Assembly: GCF_009914755.1 (NCBI RefSeq)
Contig: NC_060944.1
DNA length: 64,000 bases
From: the human T2T-CHM13v2.0 reference genome, Homo sapiens
Reading direction: 5' to 3' (one strand)
In this document: piece by piece, positions 1-15,706 of the stretch
How positions within the stretch are numbered: the stretch's first letter is position 1
Layout of the letters: every line of letters begins with the position of its first letter
Position numbers and translations under genes: made by a program
Notes under the pieces: generated by a model
Seen by the model: the letters and a program-made list of their open reading frames with translations, nothing else
Told to the model about the DNA's origin: nothing
The model's database searches: none

Positions 1-94
1 TATCTGGCTGTTACTGGCAGTGACACAAAGAAAAGTGACCTTTCCAGGAGACTGTGTTCCAGGCCACCGACCCCACTAACTAAATTTACCATAA

Positions 95-414
<320 letters not shown>

Positions 415-572
415 CCTTTGAACTGGGCTTGGGGCTGCTGACCTCCTTCCTCCGAGGAAGCTTTGCTCCTGGCCAGTCTTGCCCATGGGCATTGCCAGTC
501 ACATGATTCAACTGGAGGCCCATGTGGCACAGAGAAGAAAAACTGCAGACTCCAAGTGAAGAACCATCCTCA

Positions 573-2300
<1,728 letters not shown>

Positions 2301-2426
2301 TTAGGGAGGCGGGGGAAGGGGCAGGCATGTGAACTTGGCCAGCAGATTCTGCTAAGCTGCCTGTTGCTGTCCACTTTCCAGATGATCCCAGCCTCCAAAT
2401 ACCCCATTGCTCACCCACTGGAGCAA

Positions 2427-2822
2427 TGCATGTTCTCATTGATTTGTAGGAGTTAAAACTTAAAATAATTGAACTTACAGAGATAGAGAGTAGAAGGATG
2501 GTTATCAGAGGCTGGGAAGGGCAGTACCGGGTGGGGGGATGGTTAATGGGTAGAAAAAATTGAAATAATGAATAAGATCTTACATTTGCTAGCACAACAG
2601 GCGGTCTATGGTCAAAAATAATTTAACTGTACATTTTAAAATAACTAAAAGGGTATAATTGGATTGTTTCTAACAGAGAAGATAATTGCTTGAGGGGATG
2701 GACACCCCATCTATCGAGATGTGATTATTACGCATTGCATGCTTATGTCAAAATACCTCGTGTAACCCATAAATATATATACACCTACTATGTACCCACA
2801 AAAAATTTTTAAAAAAAGAAAC
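2427..2822 (+). mobile_element. L1MA 3' UTR fragment
   Basis: gagatagagagtagaaggatggttatcagaggctgggaaggg...atatatatacacctactatgtacccacaaaaa followed by an A-rich tail. Confidence 0.88.
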
Positions 2823-2827
2823 AGAGG

Positions 2828-3119
2828 GCGACCCACAGATGTCATTTTGAATTTTCTGACAGTCTCATGAAAAGAAGTAAAAAAAAAAGAAACTAATTTT
2901 AACAACACATCTTGTTGAACCCAGTGTATCCAAACTATTATCATTTCAATCTGTAGACAACATAAAAATTGAATGGAATTGTTTACATTCTACTATTCGT
3001 ATGAAGTCTTACAAATATGTCTTTTACCCCTTCAGCGCTTCTTCATTTGGACTAGCCACTGCTTTTCATAAGTGCAGTAGCCCCGTGAGGCCAGTGGTCA
3101 CCATGCTGGACACTGCAGT
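2828..3119 (+). mobile_element. MER33 (hAT-Charlie MITE)
   Basis: aacccagtgtatccaaactattatcatttcaa...ttggactagccac...ccatgctggacactgcag; also similar to the copy at 14.9 kb. Confidence 0.8.
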
Positions 3120-3703
3120 CATAGAACAGTGTCCAGGTAGAGCGTCCCGATGAGAATTATTTATGAGTCTTGTTAAAAATGCAGATCCCAGGCCCCATAT
3201 TCCAGACAGATAGCGATTGCTGACTGGTGCTTTCTCGTGCATTATCTTTTTTGTCTTCCTCAAATCCTTGGGGGCATCAGGATAGCTACTCTCATTTTAA
3301 TAATGGAGAAACTGAGGTGCCAATGGAAGCAACTTGCATGCAATCACCATTTTTCAAATTGTATATGGAGATAGTTTGTCTATGGTATATGAAGACCATG
3401 CCCCATGTGACATATCATGTGAGTTCAGCAATAACCAAACTGGTCTACACCTGTGGAATGATTTGTGTCTACTGTTCCCTGATCACACACTTGAGTGTCA
3501 CAGCAAGGTACTAGAAGAGTTTTGAAGCACTCACTCTCAACTTCTGCACTTGCCCAAGGGTGAAAATAACAATTGGTAGCCCAGCACTGGTCCCACGGAT
3601 CACACTTTGAGTGTCACATCTTGAAATTACACAGTTGTGAAGTGGCAAACACAAGATTTTTTGTTTGTCTTACCTGGTTTGTTCCATTAAAAATATTTAA
3701 TTA

Positions 3704-4009
3704 GGCTAGGTGTGGTGGCTCACACCTGAAATCCCAGCAATTTAGGAGGCCAAGGTGAGAGGATTGCTAGAACCAGGAGTTTGAGACCAGTCTGGGCAAC
3801 ACAGTAGGACTCTGTATCTATGTATCTACAAAGTATTAAAAAATTAGCTGGGTTGGTGGTACACATCTGTAGTCCCAGCTATTCAGGGGCTGAGGTGGGA
3901 AGATGGCTTGAGCCCAGGAGTTCAAGGCTATAGTGAGCCATGATTGTACCACTGCACTTTAGCCTGGGTGAGAGAGAGAGACCCTGTCTCTAAAAAATTA
4001 AAAAAAAAA
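3704..4009 (+). mobile_element. AluJ, full length
   Basis: Both arms, A-rich linker and tail present; J-type gcttgagcccaggagttcaaggct. Confidence 0.95.
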
Positions 4010-4325
4010 TTAATTATGGTATAATATACATACAGAAAAGCATAACTCTTGATGAATTTTTGAAAACTGGATACAGTCATATAATCAAAAACCAAACCAT
4101 TACCAGGCCCAAAACGTTTTCCTCACACTCCCTTGCAATCCTACTTGCCTACCCCCATCAGGGATCACCTCTGTGTGACTTTTAACAGCATAGACGAGTT
4201 TTGCCAGTTTTTGCACTGTGTATCAGTGAAATCCTATGAAACGTGCTTTTTTGTTTCTGGTTTCTTTCTCTCAACATTATCATTATGTCCATGGGATTCA
4301 TCCATGTTGTCATGGGTAGTAGCAA
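4010..4325 (-). mobile_element. Old L1M 3' end fragment
   Basis: ggtataatatacatacagaaaag...gatgaattttt...tttctttctctcaacattat...gattcatccatgttg. Confidence 0.7.
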
Positions 4326-4929
4326 ATAAGGCATTCCCAGGTACATTCAACAATCTCTTGCAGACACCGTACTAGGCAGGTCTGACTCCAAAGCCTGTAC
4401 TCTATATTCTATACCACATTGCCTGGCCTGTTAACAGTGCATCAGTTGAAAAATGAATTCACTCATCCACTTATTTGCTCCTTCACAGTGTTTCCTGTGT
4501 ACTCCTGTGTTCTAGGCCCTGCACTGTGTGCTGCTGGAGAGGTGCCCAACTGAATTCAAGTCAGGCCTCATCCTCAAGTGACTTCCATTCTTGAGAGAGG
4601 TAAGCCAGCTATATACACAGCTGACATCACTTATCTTCCATCAAGAATGGCCAAACCCAGGCAGAAAAGGAAGCACACCAACTTCCCTTCAAAAATAAGC
4701 AATTTGCTGTTACTGGCAATGGCACCAAGTGTTTTGGAGAGAAAAGTGATTTCTCTGTCCTATATTAAACAGTAGTGGTGCCGCATCCTTGAGGAGAGAG
4801 GTCAGACGGTGCCCAGAGCAGAGTGTGCGCAGGAGGGAGGAAAAATGCAGGGAGCTGAGGGCTTTGGGCTTTTTTTCAAGCAGCACCTGAGTGTGCATGT
4901 GCACCATGCAGGTGGCTGCTAGCTTCAGG

Positions 4930-5362
4930 CTGCTCTGGTGGACCTCTACAGCATTCCCTCTGGTCACCCCTACCCACCCCACTCCTTCTCAGAGGCAAGT
5001 GCTACAGGCATCTATCTGCCTCTCTGTTTGAGGACTTTCTCCATGGGTGCTTGCTGGGAATGGGGGTTAATTAACACCCCAGCCCTGATGGGAGTTGATG
5101 CATACATTCTCCAGGCTCCCCTTCCTTATACCCCTGCAAGCTCCCCCTCCTTGGTATTCCTGCAGCATCCCAATTTCCCTGAGAGGCTCAGCTCCACTTG
5201 CCTCTAGAGGCAGCTGGTTTGAAAACACAGTGATGATTGGCTACTTTCCTTTCTCTTCCCCACTCCATATCTCTTTACTGGTGTTTCTTAAACTTCTTGG
5301 CAAACTGCTCATATTCAAATCCCCATCTCAGGGTCTGCATCTGAGAATGACCAAACTAAGGA
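4930..5362 (+). mobile_element. LTR16-family (ERVL) solo LTR
   Basis: The 3' end caaatccccatctcagggtctgcatctgagaatgaccaaactaagg matches the LTR16 terminus; 5' boundary uncertain. Confidence 0.65.
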
Positions 5363-6347
5363 AAAATGCTCGTGGAGGTATCTCAGGAGAGAGTGCAACT
5401 GACATCCGAAGGACAATCCTGAGTCAGAAGAGGAAAGAGTATTCTAGCTTCTAGGCAGAGGGAACCGCGTAGGCAAAGATCTGGGATGGGAAAAGGTTTG
5501 GACAGAGCAAAGCCCAGAGCCACTGCAGAGCAGTGAGCAAATGGGGGCAAATGGAGTTTTCAGCATGCAGGTGGATTCTGGTTTCCACTGTGGCAGAAAA
5601 GGGGAGATGTACAGACAGTTCAGCCTGTAGCCACCAACCCCAGTGCACCAGTGGAGAGGACGTGTGCTTGCATTCTTTGAAAATTCTGTCCCCGTCCCCC
5701 TGCTTGGACTGGTGGCAACTACATTGATATACAGACACTGGGAGGTAAAACTCATGCCTTATTTACTAGCCAATTCCTTTCCTGCGCTCCAAATTCAATC
5801 CAAAAGCAACTCAATTTCCACCGAGCTGTCAATATAATATACCGCGCTCTTCTGCTCTCCTAACCTTTCCTGGTATTACAGGATCCTCACTTACTTGTAA
5901 TGAAACACTATGAATAAATCAATGTATGTTAATATAGCATGTCTTCAATTTTTTATGAAGGGCTTCACCAAATCTAATTCCCACTGCTTTGTCAGAAACA
6001 GTCTTTGAAAAATTTAACTTGCAAGTTTCACGAAGTTAGTGAGGGATCGGGCTGGGGAGGGAAAGAAGAAAGGTGAGAAAAATGGGATGGGAGGGAGCTG
6101 TGGCTGTAAACGTATAATATAATATGAACCTTCATTTATAAGCGGGGAAAACGGAAGATTTGTAGAATAGCAAACATAAAATAAAGGGTTAGTAGGGGGA
6201 AGGGTACACAGCTGCACATCAACCCTGGGCTCCTGGCATGGGTTCTGGCTGCAAAAAGTACTCAAGGATGTCCCCCTTCTCTTTTAGTTGCTGACAGTAG
6301 GATCCACAGCCAGAAACCAAAGCAGGTGCTTCATAACAAAAATCCCA

Positions 6348-6644
<297 letters not shown>

Positions 6645-7064
6645 ATGACAAAATCCAATCATGTCGTAAGAGCAATGCTTTCCCAGAGCTCTCAGGATGA
6701 AGAATGTGTCTCTGTCATGTGGTCTTAATCAGCTCAGTGCGTGAGCTGGCCTCGCTCGTCCTCCCCCCAGCACCCCAAGCCTTACTTCAGTACTAAAAAG
6801 AGCCATGGTCTTTTCTGCCACAGGAACTTGCACCAGCTCTTCTGTCAGCCTGGGCCCCGTCTTCCTTCCCATGCCTCCTTGTTGCCTCATTCATGACTCC
6901 TCACCCTTAGCGGACCTCACTTACAGGGACTCTTTTTATGGGTATCTTCTCTGACTCCCAGGTTCTTATTTTACGTTTCCAGAGTCACCTGTCTCTCTTT
7001 TGAGCCACTAACTTTCCATGTAACCATGTAATTATTTCATCAATAAGTCCCTTTTCTACCAGCC

Positions 7065-7285
7065 CAGGAGCTGAAAAAATATGACTTGCAAGTCAAATTC
7101 AATCTACCATCTGTTTTTGTAAGTAAAGTTTTATTGGAAAACAGCTACACCATTGATTTAAATATGGACTTATGGCTACTCTCACACTACGAAAGCAGAG
7201 AGAAGTAGCAACAGATACCCTACAGCCCACGCTGCCTAAAATATTTATTTTCTGGCCTTTCATAGAAAAAGTTTGCAGACCTCTG
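7065..7285 (+). mobile_element. MER58A (hAT-Charlie) inserted in an L2 remnant
   Basis: gtttttgtaagtaaagttttattggaaaacagc...catagaaaaagtttgcagacctctg; degenerate 8-bp TSD taccagcc/tactagac. Confidence 0.85.
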
Positions 7286-7562
7286 TACTAGACTTTAAGC
7301 TCCAAGGAGGCAAAGATCGTATCTGGTGTTTGTTCAACATTTCATCCTTTTGCATGTCTAAATGAATAATTAAATTAGCTGTGTAGCTTGAGGGATTGCT
7401 TAACCTCTCTGAGCCTCGAGTTCTTCAAGGGAAAAATTATAATTCTAATTTTAGTTTCCATTTTATGTTGCAGAGTGACCCCCATTTCTTTACTCCTGGA
7501 AGACAAGCCATTGTTTTGGAAGGAAGGCTCCAGAATGTCCATGAGTGGCTTTGGCTTCTGTA

Positions 7563-8206
<644 letters not shown>

Positions 8207-8951
8207 GACAACAAATGGCATGCTGAGATTTGGCTGCTGTGAGCATCTTTGTGGCTGCAGAACAGAACCTAAACAGATATCCATTGAGCTCTTGACTAGG
8301 TGCTTGGCCATGTACTAAGCTCTAGAGAATCCTCAGGAACCTACAATTTGGTGAGGGAGATAGGTATGGCCCACAGGAATAAGCGGGCAAGGCACATTAA
8401 GAGCTCTGTTCTGAAGGAAGGGAAGATGGCTCTTATGAGCATGTAACAGAGAAAACAGATTGAGTCTCTGGGGCCAGATGCCTTCCTCATAGAGTGTGAA
8501 GCTGTTAACCAGATGAGGAGCATGGGAGAAGGGTGGGAGGCATGACAGGAGATGGTGGAGAATGAAAGAAGAAAAGGCTCTTGGGCAGGACAACTGCTTG
8601 CCTAAGGGATGCTTTTGTGCAAAGTAGAAAAGGTGCCTGTCTCAACTCAGTCTCAGCCCCCTGTACTTCAGTGAGCTGATGCTGCCTTTGTGAGAAGAAG
8701 AAGATACGCTTTTCTTGGTGCCCAGTCATATTCTTCCTGGCAGACACAGCACAGAGTTTAATGGATTTCATTTCCTTGGTAGTGTGTCTTTGTGCAGTGC
8801 ACAAACTAAGCAACAGTAGGTGGCATTCCTGCTGAGCTCAGATTATGGAAGCCTTTAATGAACTACTCAAGTGTATATATTTTATTTCGAGGGTAATATA
8901 GAGCCATTAAAGGAGAGGGTAGGCCATCAAGAGAGACACAGGATCATACCA

Positions 8952-9137
8952 CAGTGCTACTAAACGTGTGGTTTGCAGATAAACAGCATCAGCACCACCT
9001 GGGAGCTTGTTAGAGCTGCAGATTCATGAGTCTATCCCAGACCTCCTGATCAGAATGTCCGGGGCTGAGGCCCAGCACTCTGTTGTTTCATAAGCTCTCC
9101 AGGTGATTCTCATGCACACTGAGTTTGGAGAAACACT
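8952..9137. mobile_element. MER5A (hAT-Charlie MITE)
   Basis: cagcatcagcaccacctgggagcttgttagagctgcagattc...ctccaggtgattctcatgcacactgagtttggagaaacact. Confidence 0.85.
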
Positions 9138-11274
9138 TTCTCAGGCAAGGGGATGGAGGATTGAAATGACCAGAGGAACAACACCGGGGTCCCTTTGGAG
9201 GGTCTGGCTCTCATGCAGATGACAAATACAAAGAAGGCCTTGTTTCAACCAGAAGCAGAGGAGATGGAGAAGTGACAACAGTGACTCTGAGAGATTCTGA
9301 GTCCTGGCTGGAGAAGAATGAGGTCCCTAGAAATGTAAGAATGAGACGGAGCCAACACATGGCCCCAGACCTGAGCCTCCTAAGGCTGAAAACCACTGGG
9401 GAAGACCTGCAAGTATCCTTACTGGCCTCGTGCTTCCAATGCTGTTAACATTCATGAAGGCAAAGAGTGTGGGTCTCAGCCAGCGGGAGGGAAGACCACT
9501 GGCTGACAGTCTTGCAGAGCCAGGGCTGAAACTCTGACCCATCACTTACCAAGCTTTAAGCGACTGAAGCTCTATTTTGTACCCTCACCAGCCGAAGGGC
9601 CCTGGAGACAACAGAACAGAGCAGCAACGCCTCTGAACAGCATCTGCCAGGCTTCCCTGCTTTCCGAAGCCAAGCTTCAGGGTCAGAGGCTCAGCCTGCA
9701 GGCTTGGTTGGCTGTGCCGGGGCCTGCCCGGGCTGCACACCTTCCCCAGCACTGCCAGCACAGGGACACATGCCCGTGGTTCCTGGCCGTATCAGTCCTG
9801 CTGCGGCCCTGCAGGGGCTTCCTCTAGCCTGGTGCGGACTTTCTTGGTTACCATGGATCAAAGGGCTGTTGTAGGAGTGGGGAAGTTAACTCGTTTGCCC
9901 AACATGGCTTTTGCCGATTTCCAATCAATGCCCTGCTCTCTGACTTCAGCTGTTTTCCTATTGGCTGTGGGATCAAACATAGGGAGAAAACAAACTCGAA
10001 ATCCAGCTGGCCCAGGGTCCTTAGTATTCACCATCCATCAACCAAAATGGAGGGTTAGTTAGTGGGTGATAATAACAGGAACAAACATTATGTGCCTACC
10101 ATGCATATGGCTCTCTTCCCTGTGTCACCATCCTGCTCCTTAGCTACCAGACACACTTTAGGTGAGTGTATTCCTGTCAACAGGTGCTCCCTCCACCAAC
10201 ACCTCTGGCCCCTCCAATCCTTAGCACCGGGCTGCTTCCCAGACTCATTGCCTTCCCTCCCCTGCCTCACATGAGAGGGATATTCTGAGATTCACTCTTC
10301 CCAGCTGCCCTAAATTTCAAAGAATGCAGTCAGAGTCCCATAGCAGGGCCACCATCAACTCAGACGGCTCTAAGCTCTTTCTTCCTGAACTACCATAATG
10401 CAGCCTAATAATATGAAGCCTCAACCTCCTTTCAGCTTTTAGTCTCATGCTGGGGTGTCCTGGGTGCTATGATTTTGTTATTTTCACAGAAACCTTCTTG
10501 TTTAATGAGTCTGTCTAGCAATATTCCCAATGGCTTTTAGTCTGTATTGCAATACTTCTTGGGTTTCTGAACGTGAGCTGCTTGCCTTCCAACTTCACAC
10601 TCAGCTGATTTCTGTTCTGCTAAGTTTAACCTGGTTAAATTGCTAAGTTGCATGACCAATTCCTCTCCAGTTGGCTTTGGGCATGGAGATGCAAGAAGTT
10701 AAATAATCCCATGATCCTGCTCATTGGAACCCTGCAGCCATACTAACAGCCTTTCTGGCAGACACCGCCTGGAACAAATCCTTCATTAAGGGCAAAGCCT
10801 AGATTCTATTTATTGATTGTAATAATTGCCAAGCACCCAGCTTGGCATAGAGAAGGAGTCAATAAGGTTTACCAAATACATGAGGATTAAGAATGAAAAT
10901 GTAACAAATCCTCAATGTGGTACAACTGGGATTTAAAATGAGGTCATTCTGATCCTGAAGTCCAGTATTCTCCGCCCCACCCTGCCACCTTGGCCTTGGC
11001 TCCTCTGTGCACATCCTGTGTGAACAGTTTCTAGGGAGAGGGGCTGATTGAGGGGAGGCTGCAACTGTCAGAACACGAGGCTTTGTAGAGGGTCTGTCTG
11101 AGCCCACCCCACTCAGGAGGGACTTGCCAAGCAAGCCCAGAAGCTGGGTCCATGCCTGTCCGGCACAGAGTTGGTGCTCAGTAACTATGTATTTAATAAT
11201 TAAGGAGGCCCAAGGTGGTGAAGGTCTTGTATCTGGGCCTGAATTTCTAAACCTGTGTAAGTAGAAAGTCCTTT

Positions 11275-11839
11275 TGGTGCTTTTTAGAAAATAGCCCATA
11301 TCCTTTGACACTGCTTTCATTAAAAGGTGGTGTTTATATCCCCTGACTCCCCTTAAGTCTTAGGGGACTTGGGACTGCTCTCACCGATACAATGTAGGGG
11401 ATGTGATATTTTGTGACTTCTAAGATTAGGTCATGAAGGCAATGTAGTTTCTGACTTGTCCACAGAGACTCTTATGTCTACAGTGTCTAAGCTGCTGTAT
11501 AAGAAGTCTAACTCCCCTGGGGCCGCCATGTGTGAGCAAACGCAGGGTGCATGACAGTCCCTGTGTAGATGCTCTAGATTGACAGCCCCAGCTGAGTCCA
11601 GTCATCTGGGCAACAGACAGCTAAGTGAGGAGGCTGCCGTGTGAGTCCAGTTCTCGGCTCTCTGGTCACCCCTGGTCATTTGAGTCTTCTCAGCTGGGAC
11701 CCTAGACATTGTGGAGCTGAAGCAAATCATCCCTGCCCTCTTGCATTCCTGACCCACAGAATATGTAAGCATAATAAAGTTGTTGTTTTATTCCACTAAA
11801 TTTTGGAGTGATTTGTTACCAGCAGTAGTAACTAGAACA
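11275..11839 (+). mobile_element. MLT1G/H-type MaLR solo LTR
   Basis: gacagccccagctgagtcc...ttcctgacccacagaa...aataaagttgttgtttt...gtgatttgttaccagcagtagtaactagaaca. Confidence 0.82.
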
Positions 11840-12000
11840 CCATTTGTTCATTAGACAAGAGTTTCTTAAAGAGCATCGGCAATATTTTATTCTCTTTCAT
11901 ATCCCCAAAAGGAAACAGTAAATGCTTAACAAATACATGCTACATTCTTAGCCAAATGATGAATGTCAACAATACCAGTAATGAGAAATATGGACATTCA

Positions 12001-12237
12001 GGCTGGGCATCATAGCCAGACTCCATCTCCACAAAAAATTTTTTTTAAAAAATAGCCAGGCATGGTGGTGCATGCCTGTAGTCCCAGCTACTCGGGAGGC
12101 TGAGGCCGGGAGGATTGCGTGAGCCAGGGAGGTCGAGGCTGCGGTTAGGCAAGACTGGTCCACTGCACTCCAGCTTCGGTGACAGAGTGAGACCCTGTCT
12201 CTAAAAAACAAAAGTAAAAAATAAAAATAAAAATAAA
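12001..12237 (+). mobile_element. AluJ lacking most of the left arm
   Basis: End of left arm, linker and full right arm; approximate TSD aaatatggacattca/aaatatgtacatca. Confidence 0.92.
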
Positions 12238-13061
<824 letters not shown>

Positions 13062-13132
13062 GAACTAAATATTTTTTTAAAAAAAAAGAACAAAAAATGT
13101 GCACTAAGTCTCATTGATTGGCAAATCTGTAA

Positions 13133-13790
<658 letters not shown>

Positions 13791-14889
13791 GAGCTCTTTT
13801 GTCATCATGAAGAGTGGCCAGTCTTACTTCCAGGGCCTGGGAGACCAAAAACTTTTGCTGGAAATCTCTTAAAGGATCAGCCAGAGTGCAAAGACATGTT
13901 AGGAGTATTTGGACAGGCAGAGAGAGCTTTTGAGTGCATCGTTGGGGGCACAGAGGCCAAAATTAAGGTGAAATGGGGTGGAAATAAATCTGGAGAATTA
14001 GGGGCGATCAGGGGACTTGATGCTAGAATGCATTTCCAAGCACCCCAGAGGGGTTTTCTGACCACCTGGGAACTTCCTGCATCATTGTCAGAGGCCAAGT
14101 CAGGGATCAGGTTGAGAGGCCCTTCTAAGGAGAAATCCATCGATCACGTAATCACACATTCTGGGCCAGTGCGGGGCTGAAGGCTGAAGTTTCACTCTAT
14201 TGCACTTTTCTTTCATTCAGCATTTTTCTCATGAAATTAAAATAGAATTGATTTTCTCCCCCACTAAATTAGGCATTAGGAAAGGAACGAAAGGGAGGGC
14301 ATGTTGGAGACTACACCATCAATTCAATCCAGCAGAGTAGCATTTGTAAGAAATTGTATTCGCCCCTACTTACTATGAGAAGGTTTTGTAAAGCCTATTT
14401 TTTTTTGTTATATCTCCTTCTTACTAGAAGAGATGAACATTTTTTTTTCTCCCTTCTTGGTTAAAACGATCATTTATACTAACCTTTTCTCCAACCCTCT
14501 GGCCTCAGGTTAGAAGCTTCCTTTTTCTAACTTTGCCTCTGTGGTATTTCCCCAGAAGCAGACACACAGCAGGTGACACTGCTGTTTATGGAACTGTCAT
14601 TTCTGATGAAATGGGTCATCTGGGGACTCTACGTTCTCCTATTCTGCAGTGACCCCAGGCTCATAGCTGGGTCCAGAGTGGAACCTCACAGCTGGAAGGA
14701 ACTACTCCATTTACAGAGTGCTGAAAGGAGATGGGAGCAGGAGGAAACTGAGGCTCAGAGAGGTTAGGAAGCACACCTAAGGCCCCACAGTAACTGGTTC
14801 TACTCGAAGGAGGCAGCGATGGGATAACAAAGGAGTCAGAAACCTTGGGTACAAATCCTGATGCTTCCTCTTAGCAGATGGTCATTTAT

Positions 14890-15195
14890 AGCTGCACTGC
14901 CCATTAGAAATAGGATGTGAGCCACATTTGTGATTTTATATTTTCTAGGAGCCACATGGGGAAAAAAGGCAAAGAGAAGCAGGTGGGAATTAATTTCAGT
15001 AATATACTTTCTTTAACCCAAGGTATCCACAATGCTATTATTCCAACATGTATTCAACACAAAATTATTGAGGATATTTTACATTCTCTTTTCCCACTAA
15101 GTGTTCGAAACCTGTTGTGTATTTTATATTCTGAACATTTCTATTCCGGCTAGCCACATTTTGAGTGTTTAATAGCCACTTGTAGCTAGTAGCTA
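14890..15195 (+). mobile_element. MER33 (hAT-Charlie)
   Basis: gagccacatttgtgattttatattttctaggagccacat...gctagccacattttgagtgtttaatagccacttgtagctagt. Confidence 0.87.
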
Positions 15196-15198
15196 GAC

Positions 15199-15468
15199 CA
15201 GGGTTTCTCAATCATTTTTTTCTTTACTATCACCTCCTAAGAAATGTATTTAGACTTTCTGTGTTGTACCCCTATGAATTTTAACTCTACAGATGTGGTG
15301 TATAGTTGTATATGGACGCTATGCATACCTGCATGGCTGTATGTGGGCTTTATGCGTATTATGCATATGTGTACGAAAAGGGATTTTTCCCCACCCTACC
15401 CCCACCACTACCACCAAGAACCAATTTTCATCTCTTGGGGTCGATGGCACCCCTATTAAGCATGCATG
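15199..15468 (+). mobile_element. MER112 (hAT-Charlie)
   Basis: cagggtttctcaa...ccaagaaccaattttcatctcttggggtcgatggcacccctattaagcatgcatg; TSD agctagac/atctagag. Confidence 0.78.
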
Positions 15469-15476
15469 ATCTAGAG

Positions 15477-15706
15477 CAGGGGTGTCCGGTCTTTTGGATT
15501 CCCCGGGCCACATTGGAAGAAGAAGAATTGTCTTGGGCAACACATGAAATACACTCACACTGACGATAGCTGATGAGACAAAAAAAAAATTAAAATCATG
15601 AAAAAATCTCATAATGTTTTAAGAAAGTTTATAAATTTTTGTTGGGCTGTATTCAAAGCCATTTTGGGTCGCATGTAGCCTGTGGGCTCAGGGTTGGACA
15701 AGCTTC
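15477..15706 (+). mobile_element. MER30 (hAT-Charlie), full length
   Basis: caggggtgtcc...ggaagaagaagaattgtcttggg...gggttggacaagcttc; 8-bp TSD atctagag/gtctagag. Confidence 0.93.

Noticed and set aside
5199-5212. Perfect 14-bp palindrome tgcctctagaggca / CTCF-like word
   Set aside because: One such palindrome is expected by chance in 64 kb; it is one base short of the CTCF core spacing and lies within an LTR.
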